Positions 10,835 through 22,941 of a stretch of 38,456 nt of DNA are shown here, in pieces. The translations under genes and the position numbers were made by a program. Each line of letters starts with the position of its first letter. Position 1 is the stretch's first letter. Origin of the DNA: Spirogloea muscicola (lineage: Eukaryota); the NCBI GenBank assembly GCA_009602725.1, contig WELB01000001.1, forward strand, positions 314,171-352,626, read 5' to 3'. The notes beneath the pieces are model-generated. The model was not told the origin of the DNA. It worked only from the letters and a program-made list of their open reading frames with translations, and searched no databases.

Positions 10835-12601
10835 ATGGACGGCGCCGGCGCCCTGCGTCTGCCCCGCCGCATGGACGGGCCCTTTGCAGGTTTGCCGCGG
10901 TCGCCACATGCACAGCTTTGCCGCCCTCTGAGCTGCTGCATGGACGCCGTGCCGCTTTCCTGCGGCAGCGGGCTCAGGGGTGGGTGGCGGCTGTGCGAGC
11001 TGCCCGTGGTCCTTAGCTGGTCGGCCTCGGCCCGCGGCTGGCCTCGGGCAGTCCGTTTTTCTGGTCGGCGCGCCTGGACTGAGAAGTACTGGGCTGCTCT
11101 GACGTTTTAGAACATGGCTACCAGAGCCGGCTTAGCAGCTCCGGCCATGAGTCTTCGAGGCAGCGTCCTGACCGGGGAGGAGGGAAGTCACGTGTGCGGA
11201 CTTTTGTTTAGGATGAGGCTGACGAGCTTGCTGTTGCTCTACTAGTGCTCAGCATGGTGGAAGCCATGCCAGGAAGCCGGTAGCTTGGCCGCTTGGCTGA
11301 CATATTGGGAGCTGCCTCTGCAGGCTCCGTCGGTTCTCCAATGGCTCAGGCGGCCACCGCTGTCGGCGGCCAGCTGAAGCAGCACGCCGCGACAGTCGCC
11401 GGCGCTGCCGCTGTCATGGCTGGCGACCTTGCACGCCACCATGGCCATGACAACTGGTACTTTACCATGCAGATCATTGTCTGTATCACCGCAGCGTAAG
11501 TGTACACGCTCTGACCGGCTCCTGGTCCTCTGAATATATATCGAAGTTGCGCAAGACAAGGCATGCATTTACTATTGCAACACTGCACCTGCTCGCATTG
11601 CGCAGATGTGCCTTGTTATCAGGGCTGTCTTGCCACAATTCGATTGCAGTTGACTGTGACATATCCTCCATCAGCTGTGATAGCTATAGTCGGAATAGCA
11701 GGCAGCGGAGGTGTGTAAGTTAAGAGTTAGCATGCAGAAGGAGAAAATCTTGCTTCCCCCATTTTGACGGCCCTACTGCTTTTTGGCATTTGGTTCACCT
11801 TGCAGATTCTTGCTGTTTGTCGACCGCACCCACTGGCGCTCAGACATGCTGACTGCGCTGCTCGTCCCCGTCATCTTCCTCACACTCCCCCACCATGCCG
11901 TTCACTGGCTCAGGTTTGTGTGAAATTTCTGTTGAGCTCTTTGTCTTTTCAAATCTGATATTGATAAGTTGAAAGAGCTGGTTGCAAGTCCTCATGTGAT
12001 GACCTTTCTCCCATGTTGCTGACAAGCCAGCTCGTGTATTACTTCTGGGCCTTTGTCAACTCAACTTATAGTTTGGCTTGCTGTTTGAGCAGGGGCGAAC
12101 CAGGACATTGGATTGTGTTCATCTGCACAGTAATTTGGCTGTTCATTCCACAAACTGTTCCGCGTGACTGGCTTTGTAAGTCGAGCTGGGATGTAAATAG
12201 CCATTCTTTCCTGACGTTTCTAGCTTGTACACTGCTTCGCATTTTGTAGCAGACATGGTATTCTCCGGCATTATGAAAAGCTCAATTTTAGTCACTGTAG
12301 TCAACATTGCTTGACAGATTTCTAATCTGTTTCCTTGTTGTGTACAGTGCATGGAGAGCTGCCATATGTGCTCCTCATCCTCCTCATCATCTCGCCAAGC
12401 AGAGTTTTGGAGCTCCGTAATACGCCATATGGCATTGTCATCATCTTCCTCGTTGGCGTGTATCTCTTTTACGAGCACATCGTCGCATCGGAGGGTGTGC
12501 GCAATGCATTCAACAACCAGCGGGCGGCTATCTCCATCGCACTCACCATCCTCCTCATTGTGCCTGCCATCATGCTTGGCCACTCGCTGTCCTGGTACTG
12601 A
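10835..12601 (+). CDS. COR413: Cold-regulated 413 plasma-membrane-type protein (WCOR413 family); six exons
   Basis: Phase-consistent exons ~10835-10889, 11111-11191, 11324-11496, 11806-11913, 12093-12163 and 12348-12601 give AAAFLLFVDRTHWRSDMLTALLVPVIFLTLP..WLRGEPGHWIVFI..LFIP..HGELP..LLILLIISP..LFYEHIVASEGVRNAF. This matches the COR413-PM pattern (LDRTNWRTNMLTSLLVP, RGEVGKWIAF, EHIRASGGFRNSF). The first two exons are less certain. Confidence 0.88.
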
Positions 12602-13309
12602 GGTACTGGTCATTCGGTATTCTCAAAAGGATACCTAAGGATTAAGGATGCTCTTGTCAAAGGGCGTTGACTTTTGCAGCAATTAACCAGGCAGTTGTTA
12701 AGGCTTTGTCATCGTAATTGCTGTTATTCTGATTTGCCATTGCGAAGCAGTGTTTCTTACAAACTCTTGCTCGTTAAATTTTGACCACTACAATCTGGGA
12801 GACTTGGGAAATCCGGTCTCCTGGTAAAGAGTGTACATCCCTACGGACTATAAATAGACTCCTTTTGTAATACGGACTTGGTCTTTGAGTTTGTGTTAAC
12901 ATTTGTGCAAGTTGTCATGATAAGCTTTCCCTACAAACTTGGCGAGTTCCTAGCTCATAAGGTACTGTGAAAGTAGCAATTTCAAGTCTGCTGGGTGTGG
13001 TACTGCATTGCATCATATGATACCAATGCCCATGGTGCCACGGTACAGCTGCGACAGTGTTGACTTTTGGCCAGCAATCGCAACATCAAGTTGCAACATT
13101 CAGAAATCTATACGGACGTGTTGGTTACCAGGCGAGATCCGATGCACCATGTGGTGAAATTCGCAGTAGCAGCCAAGGATCCTAGAACGTTTTCTGAAGT
13201 GCAACGTTCTTTTGAAAATGCCCCCACAATGCCAGTAGCAGCTAAAATATAAGTACAGCCGTTTGTTGTCAATCGAATTGTAAAGACATGATTGACAGGA
13301 GCAAGTCTT

Positions 13310-15310
13310 TTATAAGCTGTCATGTGAGAACACTCTCCGCGAATTCAATGTGGCGGCCTCAACCACCACTTCAATGGGCCTGCCCTGCAGCTCGGCTACC
13401 TTAAGAGCCACATATGGCAGGAAGGAGGGTTCGTTGTTCCGCCGCTTGCGTTGCTCCGGGGTGAGTGCCTTTTTGGGAATGTTGCGGGGGATGAGGAATG
13501 GCGCGTCTGTCTCAAGCAGCAAGCGGTCTAGCGGGAGGTGCGGGATGGCCGCCTGAAGATCCTGTCCGCGGCGCTCATCACACACCCAGCCGGTTATTCC
13601 AATGTAAATGCCGAGACTCAAGTACCGCTGCATTTCCTGCCCAACACAACATGAGCAGGGCTGCATCAGCAACTCATATCATGCACCTGCTAACCTAAAA
13701 TCTCACCATTCTGTTGCTTCTTAAGACAAACACTATGTGACCTCCTAGCGAAGAGAGAATATGTTGAGGCAGACCCCGTCAGGCTGGCACTACTAGTTCC
13801 TCCTGTCAAGCTTCGGTATAGTCAGCAGTGCCGGTATTGCTTGAGCTCCAGCTGATGGCACTTCACAATGGTCTAACCTCTAAGCTACCAGTGAAGCAGT
13901 GGAGGACACCACGAAGCTGCGGAGCGTGTGGCTCGAGCAGCTCCACAAGCCTTTTGTGCGCGCTTCGCTCGTGGAGAAAGAGCGGCAAGCCTGTGTGCAG
14001 CGCCAGCTGAATGTGCGCGACAAAGGCTGCCTCCTGTGGACCAGACATACTGGCAATGTCAGCACTTAGATGAGCGAGTCTCTGTCCTAGACTTTTCAAG
14101 TACCGCTATGTCAACATCTTCTATGCACCTGGTCCGCTGGAGTGCTGAAGTTACGATCAAAGTCCAGGCCGCACTCGCCGATGGCGCGCACGAGCTTCGG
14201 TTCCGCCTCAACCAGGAGCTCGAGTTCACGCAGGCTCGCCGCCAGCCCATGCTTCACGGCCTCGCCTGAGTCGTGCGGGTGGATGCCGGCCGTGCAGAGC
14301 AGGGCCACCCCGGTCTCTGCCTCCCGGTTGCTCTGAGTCAACGGGGCATTGTCCTCCCAACCTGGTCAGTTGCACTATATAGACTGCCCTCTGAGTGAGA
14401 CGACCTCCTGTTGCCAAGAGCAGCAGACTGACTGAGATCTGCTGCTGCAGTTGCGGTTGTAAGGGGGAGCCAGCTTAAGGGCAGCCCGGTGTCGCAACCA
14501 GCTGCAGCACCTGGCAGAGGTGGAGCGCCTGGCGGCTGCTCTGCACAGAGGTGCCTGTGATCATGAGCTCCCGCACGCCGGCCTTGGCGGCGCGCTGCAG
14601 GACGTCCGCCAGGTGGGGCCGCAGCGAGTCGTGCCCGAGGTTTGCGCCTATGTCGAAAAGACCCAGCGGCATGGCTGCCAAGCTCGGCGTGTCGCCATCT
14701 CTGGCCAGAGCTGGGTCGTCGCAGCTGCCTGCGGTGGTTGTCGTCATGCTGGCTGACCGCGAGCTGGGTTTCCCGGCAGCCTCCGCCCCAGCCAGCCCTG
14801 CCGAAGCTGTCGACTCAGCTGGCCTGGGCCCGCGCCGGCAGCGCCAGCGGCTGCGGAGGCCGCGCCAAAAGCTACCTGGAGGTGAGCCGCTGCAAGGGAA
14901 TGACCACCAAATATGAGGCCAAGCAGTCATCAAGGCGTAGCAGGGCTCGGCTGCCTGAAAGAGGCCAGGAGTCGGAATTGCCAGTTGACGAGATGCAGAA
15001 GGTGCGACTGTGATCTGATGATCCAAGACTTGGGCTGACCCCTAGACCCAGAAGCCTGTCTCACAGACCGTAACCCTAGAACCCTTACCCTAAACAAAGC
15101 CTAAACCGTAAACCGTAAGGGTTCATGACTTCATGGAGAAGCCGAGCTTGATGCTGGGTATATCTAGCTCAACTGGGCTGTGCTGGCGCTTGCTGTGCTT
15201 TCCATTCCGCACCTGGTGCAGCGGCCACCGTGGCGCCCGAAGGAGGGCGGCCGGGGTGCCGCCGCCGCCGCCGCCGCCGCCGCCGCTCCCGGCGACGAGA
15301 CGGCGAGCAT
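13310..15310 (-). CDS. tatD: TatD-family 3'-5' exonuclease/DNase, E. coli TatD-like, with N-terminal extension; five exons
   Basis: Motifs [80 protein letters not shown] and NEPSFLP. Phase-0 introns join the catalytic exons. The putative first exon is 15310-15213 (less certain). Confidence 0.92.
15038..15124. repeat. Degenerate plant-telomere-like (CCCTAAA/telo-box) repeats in the TatD first intron
   Basis: accctag...aaccctag aaccctt accctaaac...gcctaaaccgtaaaccgtaa. Confidence 0.55.
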
Positions 15311-15891
15311 GAGCGGCCGCGGCAGCCCCAGGCGAGCGGCGCACGCCACAGCGACGCGAGTGCCGATGCAGCCCTCCGTGAGGCAGCCACTCTGCCTCCG
15401 TCAGACGCTGCAACGTCGCGGTGGCGCCGCGCACTCCGATGGCCCGTCAATGCGGCGGCCTTACCGCCACCGCAGGCGCCGGGCCCGGCGCCGCGGCGCG
15501 CGGCGGGAGCGCGGGGCGCGGGCTGGCCGCCACGAGTGTGGCACACCCGGGGCCCCACCTCCGCGAGCAAGGCGGGGGGTCGACACGACGTCAAGCTTTG
15601 ATGGGCAGCCGACGTTCGCGAGGACCCCGGCCGCTGTTGCGTTCGAATGGGCCGCCCCTGACCGCAGTGGAGAAAGCCACCAGGCACCGACCGCTTGGCC
15701 AAACGTCCGCGCCGCCGAGCGGACCGTCTCGCTCCTCCAGTCGCCAGGCGCCCTACCCGACGATGAGAAAGAAAGGGGCCGATGCCTTTGAATGAGGCCC
15801 GGGAGATTGCCTTCCATCGAAAGAGCTGTTCTGATTTACATTACCCCGAGTTGGCGGTCGCAAGAGTGAGTGGCAAGGCAGCCCCCCACTC

Positions 15892-16130
15892 GGAAGAAAG
15901 TGCTCGCCCATTGAGAATAGGGGCTGGAACAACCAGCCCGAAAAAGAATGAACAGAGTACGAGAAGGGGGCCAGGGGAAGAAAGTGCTCGCCCATTGAGA
16001 ATAGGGGCTGGAACAACCAGCCCGAAAAAGAATGAACAGAGTACGAGAAGCGCTAAGTAACAGAACCGAAGCTGCTACGAGACACTCAGTAACCCCTGCT
16101 AAGCAGCCGCAGATCAGAGATGCTGGGCCC
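15892..16130 (-). mobile_element. CRE-like 3' end (family D) with tandemly duplicated terminus
   Basis: Minus strand PSISDLRLLSRGY* followed by a UTR whose last ~75 nt occur twice at 84-nt spacing. Homologous to 10120-10283 (+) and 33222-33397 (-). Confidence 0.8.
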
Positions 16131-16696
16131 ACTCGGCGGGGCCGGGCCGACGGCTTGCGCCACTGGACGGATGGCCGTCTCGCTCCCGTTGGGCCCGAGC
16201 CGAGACGTCGTGGCCGCCCCGGCCGCGCGAGCCCGTTTCGAACGCCCTTCAACGGGCAGCATCCTTCTCTTAACGGGCCGCCGCCGTGCCCCGCCCGCCA
16301 TCTCCACCCGCAGCCCGTCGCCCCACTGCGCCCCGCGCCTCGCCGGCCAGCCTCCCTCCCTCCCGGCTGAGCTGCTGGCTGACGCCACTACCCTCAAGCA
16401 CCCCCCCGGGAAGCCGTTGCTGGCGCCGCCGCTTTGTCCTCGCCGCGGCCTCTCGCAGAGCCCTCTCTAAAGCCGGATCACGGAAAGCCGACCTTTGGCG
16501 ACGGCGCTGCTGCCGTCAGACCGCGTTCGCCTGCCCGAAGGCGTCAGGCATGCGTTATCGGGCTTGAGTAGCGCAAGACGGTACTCGCGTTGTTCACAGA
16601 GGGCAGCTTTGGTGTTCTGCAGCAGCCTGCGGAGAGCGTCAGCAGTTCAGGGTTTACGTGGTGGAGGTCCTGTCCTCCGGGCAGCGTTAGAGCAGG

Positions 16697-19600
16697 ATGA
16701 AGATCGTGGAGAAGGTCAAGGCGGCCTATGCGGAGGACCGCACCATCTTCTCCTTCGAGTACTTCCCGCCAAAGACTCAGGAGGGCGTGGAGAACCTGTT
16801 TGACAGGATGGATAGGATGGCCGCGCAGCAGCCAGCCTTCTGTGATATCACCTGGGGAGCTGGAGGTTCTACGGCCGACCTTACACTGGACATTGCCACA
16901 AAGATGCAAAATATGGTGAGCTGAATCGCCTGCTGCAGTAATATAATTATGGCATGCCGCAGTGTTTGTGCAGTTTGGTTTTTGGACCAACACATATCTT
17001 GCTGTAATTAACATTGTGTGTTGCTATGATTGACTCCCTCCCTGCATGTCGCAGGTGTGTGTAGAGACTTCTATGCACCTCACCTGCACAAATATGCCAG
17101 CTGAGAGAATTGACTCAGCACTTGACAAAGTGAAGACTTCGGGCATTCAGAATATCCTCGCTTTGAGAGGGGATCCTCCCCATGGTCAGGAGAAGTTCGT
17201 ACAAACAGAAGGAGGTTTCTCGTGTGCTTTGGACCTGGTATGCTGCTGGCTGTAGCTCGTGACTCTGAGGAAGCAGGAGCTTGTGAGACTAGTCAGACTT
17301 GTGGCTACTAGCAGATGCGTAACAGAGTGCGGGCTGGCAGTGGTTGCAATTTCACGGAGGTTTCCGATATATATCATCAAATCCTGAACCCCTGATACAG
17401 TGCTTGGTCCATCTAGAATCCGGAAATATTTCGGATAAGGAGACAGTACGTCTTCAGTTGGATCGTCTTATTAGAAGCTTCCATTGACGCGGTGTACTTT
17501 GTTTGTGACGTGTATTCGTCAATCCATGTAAGTGCAGGTGAAGCATATCAAGTCCACTCATGGTGACTACTTTGGGATTGCAGTTGCTGGATATCCTGGT
17601 CAGTTGCTGAATTGACCATACCTTAAAAGAGCTGGTCGCGCAGACAGGTCGATTTGCAAGGACACATGATGCATGTACCACCTTCTTTGGTTGCAAAGTT
17701 GACAAGGAGCCTGATTGACCTATCAAGGAGGGCGAGGTGAATAACTTTCAATATGTCTGCTATGCTCAGAGGCTCACCCGGACGCTATAAGCACTGATGG
17801 CGCAACTAATGAGGAGTATGAGAAGGATCTAAAGTACCTCAAGGAGAAGGTATAGTTGCAAATATTAGCTTCTGTCAGCCAGCATATGTTTGGCATAACC
17901 AGCGGTACTGCAAGCAGGGGTCCGCAGAGACAACTCGAGATGGAGGCTTGTACACAGGCAAATGTCAACTTGTAGAGCATCTCATCAGGAATGGGGCTTA
18001 TATTCATATGATAGCACCAAAAACATAGGAAAAGAGGGAAGTTAGTAGAAGATCATCCTCAGTGATCCCTTTTAGACACCCTGTGCTCAGCAGTCCTGCA
18101 TGTTGTTGTGTGTTGCAACTCAGACAGCTTCTGAAGTCAACAGACTATTCACTGTGACGCTTTCTTTCCATGTGCAGGTGGATGCAGGCGGGGAGCTAAT
18201 CATAACACAACTTTTCTATGACGTGGACATATTTCTCAAATTCGTGACAGATTGTAGGCGCATGGGGATTGATGTTCCCATAGTACCTGGTGTTATGCCA
18301 ATTGGCAATTACAATGGTTTCAAGCGTATGACAGGCTTTTGCAAGACAAAGGTATGTGTCGACATGCCTATCAAAGTAAATGTGCCCCATTGTTGTCAAA
18401 GTTATAGTCGGAAAAGCTTGCTGACGGGCTTGCATACTACACTTGTGTCCTGCTTAGCAGAATGCATGCATTGGTGAAACCTGGTAGTCTTGCGGATAGG
18501 CTGTTTCATGTTGGAAGAGCTTGCTGACTGGCTTGCATACCACACCACTGTCCTGCTAACTAGGATCTATACACTGGTATAATTGTGATGGTCTCACTTG
18601 TAAGATGATCTTGGTAACAGCAGTCAGATGATGCTTGTTAATCTGCTCAAGCAGCTGATAAATCTCTGTACCAAACCTCCTGAACAAAAAGTCATGAAGT
18701 GTCTCTGGTGTAATTTGGCCCACCTCATCTTGATATGCTCAGGTGACGATTGTTGCAGGTGCCAGCCCATATTCTGGAAGCTCTGGAGCCCATTAAGGAA
18801 AATGATGAGGCTGTGAAAGCCTATGGCATTCATCTTGGTATCCAGATGTGCCGTAGGTTGATAGAAAGTGGCATTCGCACCCTGCACCTTTACACTCTAA
18901 ATTTGGAGAAGTCCTCCTTGAGCATCTTGCAGGTAACCACTTAGTCCTTTTAAGCATGCCCGAAGTCCCGGTGATTTATTCTGCTATAGCCCCGTCAGAC
19001 GACTTGCATCCCAGGGAGGCTGATATGTGTGTTCACAGTGTCATCTGACAGATGAGCAACGTGGTACTCTTTCCTGCCTGCCATTGTTGTTTCACATTCA
19101 TATACGGATCAGGGCATCGGCACTAGCCTGTGCGCTGACCATGCCTGTCCAGTTGCATATTGTTCAACTATCCAGGGCCTTGGGCTGATTGATGGAACCA
19201 GCATGCCTAGATCTTTGCCATGGAGGCAATCTGCTAACATCAGGCGGTCGCTTGAGAATGTCAGACCTATTCACTGGTATGCCTGTACTTACAGAGCTCG
19301 TGAAGAGTGCTTATCTGCAAAAGATAGCAGCTGGCAGTAACAGCAACTGTTGCACAGTGAATTAAGCAAGCAGATTCAACCAGATTGCTTCAAATCATCA
19401 GCCGAACAGAGGAGCTAAATGCAGAAACACAAGCGTGCAGGGCAAATCGACCACGAAGTTACATCTCGAGAACAACAGACTGGGATCAATTTCCTAAGGG
19501 TCGATGGGGTGATTCTCGCAGCCCTGCGTATGGTGATCTGTCTGACTACCAGGTAAGCTATACCATATATATGGGGTAAACCACTGGTTTATGACCGGTG

Positions 19601-21254
19601 CGAAGTGTCTGGCTGAGGCATGCAGCATCGCTCTTTCTGTTTGCATGTCCTCAATCTCAGTAATGTGCATAGAGACTCATTGCAGGGCTTCCTGCTCAAA
19701 CAAGCTCCAATGACTCAGTTAGCGCTGACAACTTTTGATTGTGCAAATGTTTGTCTTCATTCTCATGTGGCAGTTCTTGAGAAGGAGGTCTAGAAGCAGC
19801 AAGCTGCAAGAGGAATGGGGAGCAAATATAGGCTCCGTTGAAGATGTGCAAAAGGTAATTGCATGTATGTGCTGACATCCCTTCCTTCTCACATACAAGG
19901 ACGTCAGAAGATATATTGCATGCTGGGGAAATCACAACGTACTTGTACGTGTATTGACTAAGTTCGCATTGTTGGTGCCCTGTGCTTGCAGCTATTTGCA
20001 GATTACTGCGCAGGGAGGCTTACAACCTGTCCTTGGTCAGAACTTGAAGGGCTCCAGCCGGAGACTGAAATGATCAATGAGAGGCTTGTGGCCATCAATC
20101 TGAAGGGCTTTCTGACCATCAATTCCCAACCGCCTGTCAATGGGGAGCCTTCCTCATCTCCTGCTGTTGGTGAGAGCGTCTGCCATGCATCACGTTCTTC
20201 TTCACATTATGTCCTATTTGGCTCTCTCCCTGGGGCAGATGCTGCTGATGAGATGGTGATCTAGTTAATTTTGTGGAGAAGGACGTAGCCTGCCAGCTGC
20301 TTATGCAGATTGTGCGGGTTCCCCAGGTTGGGGTGGACCAGGTGGTTATGTCTACCAGAAGGCATATGTCGAATTCTTCTGTTCGATCGAGCAATTGCAG
20401 GTGTGTTTTCTACGCAACTACTTTATCACCTCAGTTCATAGTAGATATATGAGTGACGTTAGCTGCAGTCCTCTTCTACTGTTGCTGATCATGTGAAAGC
20501 AGGTTTTTTTTGGCAATTTGCAACCTTGCAGCACCATGTTGGTAGTACTGTCTGGGTCCAATGTAGAAAGGTGATACTTGCTCAGATGAAATACTAATTG
20601 CTAGTTGTTATTCGCAGGCAATGATAAGCAGATTGAAAGACTTTCCCTCCCTCACCTACATGGCTGTCAATGCTGTGGGGGATGTGAAGTCCAACGTTGG
20701 TCCAAGAAGCGTCAACGCTGTGACTTGGGGTGTTTTCCCAGCCAAGGAGGTAGTGCAGCCAAGCGTGGTGGATCCAGTCAGCTTCCTGGTGTGGAAGGAG
20801 GAGGCTTTTGGCGTGTGGCAGGCAGAGTGGGGTCAGCTGTTCCCTGAGGACAGCCCATCAAAGAAGCTTCTCACAGAGGTGTGTTCATGGTCTTAGTAAA
20901 CATGATACTTTGTATGTGGTGACCTAGGCCTACGTGCAGCACCATGTGGTGCAGTATTGACTGAGGTGTTCCCGTGAATTGAAGCACGCTATATCTTGCT
21001 CTGATCGTTAGATCCTACTTCAAGCAGCTTGTATGTACAGCACTGCTTGAAGCACAGAGCAATATCCAAGTAGGAAGCGTCAGCTCTGCAAACATATCAT
21101 GCAGTTGCTTGGATGTTTTCAAGCTGTTATGTAGAGCCCAGTTTTGATTGCAAGATTTTACATTTTACAGATACACGATACCTTTTACCTTGTGAGCATT
21201 GTGGACAACGACTACATTCGTGGCGACCTATTTGCAATATTTCAGGATCTGTGA
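16697..21254 (+). CDS. MTHFR: Methylenetetrahydrofolate reductase, plant type; about 13 exons
   Basis: [110 protein letters not shown] and the C-terminus [19 protein letters not shown] (TGA 21252-21254). Confidence 0.97.
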
Positions 21255-21679
21255 TTTCCAAGATGCTCGCAGTCAGCTGATTTCTGTCTGTCCACATCTT
21301 GGAGCACCATCAAAGTGCCTCCACTTTCTTGCACACTGCTGGTGACGCCCTGACTGATACCCTTTTTAAATCCAGTGTCTGCAAGGCTCCCCCTGCTTGT
21401 ACTCAATAGAGCTCTGATCAATACAGCTGTCAGGTAGCTGCTCTGCACCAGAGCCAGAGTTATATTGTGTGCCCCTAAAGTCAGCATAAGCTTGACGGCA
21501 ACAGGATTGGATCCAGAGAAGCCAGTAGAATACCATCAGGCCTGCTCACAGGGGGCGCATTTATTGACGAGGTGTCGTGGACGCATTGCCTCAAAAGGTT
21601 TCCTTCAGTTAGTAGAGAGGCTGCACTAGCCTAGTGCTTGGAAGTCTTTGAGGATGGATGACCTTGGGGCTTCTCCCAT

Positions 21680-22637
21680 TTTGAGACCTTGTCCATTCTC
21701 AGCCACCGCCCTTCGTGGAAAAGCACCGTCTCCACGGAGAGGGCCTTGGTTGTCCATTCTTTTGGGGCTGGCCTTTCACAGCCACAGCCTCCTTCTGGAG
21801 GCTTCTCTCAGAGATTATCTGTGTCATGACCTACCACAGTCGATCTGCAAGGTGGTGACCTCGGGCGAGTAAGGAAGTGGCTGCGTTTTCTCCATATTAG
21901 TGGTGGCGGATAAGTGGCTGCGTTTTATCTGCAGCCGAGCGCATGCTTGGGATCCAACATAGCCTGGGCAGGCTGGGTAGACGAGAGCCCTTAGTATTTT
22001 GGTGTCAGCTTTTTGGAACGTATGCGTTGAGTGAAGTAAGAGGTACAACGCTGCACATGCCAGAGGCTTTAAGGGTGAAGGAACAGAAGGAGGCGGCTGC
22101 GGATAATGAAGGAGCGGTTGTAAAAGCCAGCCAGATGCATACTGAGGGTGTTCATGACAATAGTGGCGGAGCCACAGGCTAGGCAGACAGGGCGCTCTTC
22201 CTAAGAACCAAGAAAAGGAGGGGAAGGAACAAAACAAGAGAGCAGGCGCGCGGTATGCATGTAATGCAAGGGTGGCCAACGCAAGCCAATCCATTGTTCA
22301 GGCAAAAGCTAGTGCAAAAAGTGGGGCTACATGAAACGAAGCCCGAAGCTAAGGTGGTTAAAGTAACAGTGTGACGTCAGTAATACCCAAGGGTGAGCAC
22401 ATAAACCCGACAGGCTAACGGGAAAGAAAGCGGCTGCTGATATGAAAGAATCGGCTGTGAAATGCCAGCCAGATGCATACAGGTGTTCATGACGGAGCCA
22501 AAGGCTAGGCAGACAGGGCGCCCTCAATACCCCCGTGTCAGCAGTAGGAAGTCAGATGAGCTGAGGGGAGGAAGAGCAACCCCGCTGCGCAAGCCAGAGG
22601 CTGCTGCAAGGGCGCGACCAGCGCGGCGGTGCAAAGC
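21680..22637 (-). mobile_element. Second island of stacked CRE-like 3' ends (families B, H and an old B-like copy on -, UTR fragments on +)
   Basis: The minus strand has ALHRRAGRALAAASG...LLLTRGY* (stop at 22524), a family-H end (22420-22235, matching 7160-7335), a B-type UTR (22200-22085) and a decayed ...KLTPKY* copy (~22070-21880). The + strand has a ttgtccattct...gggctgg...cagcc UTR at 21690-21810. Confidence 0.75.
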
Positions 22638-22941
22638 NNNNNNNNNNNNNNNNNNNNNNNNNNNNNNNNNNNNNNNNNNNNNNNNNNNNNNNNNNNNNNN
22701 NNNNNNNNNNNNNNNNNNNNNNNNNNNNNNNNNNNNNNNNNNNNNNNNNNNNNNNNNNNNNNNNNNNNNNNNNNNNNNNNNNNNNNNNNNNNNNNNNNNN
22801 NNNNNNNNNNNNNNNNNNNNNNNNNNNNNNNNNNNNNNNNNNNNNNNNNNNNNNNNNNNNNNNNNNNNNNNNNNNNNNNNNNNNNNNNNNNNNNNNNNNN
22901 NNNNNNNNNNNNNNNNNNNNNNNNNNNNNNNNNNNNNNNNN
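22638..22941. other. Assembly gap (N run) hiding the NOB1 3' end
   Basis: Run of n characters. Confidence 1.

Noticed and set aside
15123..16567. Many overlapping Arg/Ala/Pro-rich ORFs (also 10537-11110, 25005-25913, 31236-33154)
   Set aside because: Stop-poor, GC-rich promoter and first-exon DNA with (GCC)n repeats, or antisense shadows of real exons.
16550..16567. Short uORF (MRYRA*) upstream of MTHFR
   Set aside because: It may lie within a 5'-UTR intron ending near 16695, and there is no conservation evidence available.
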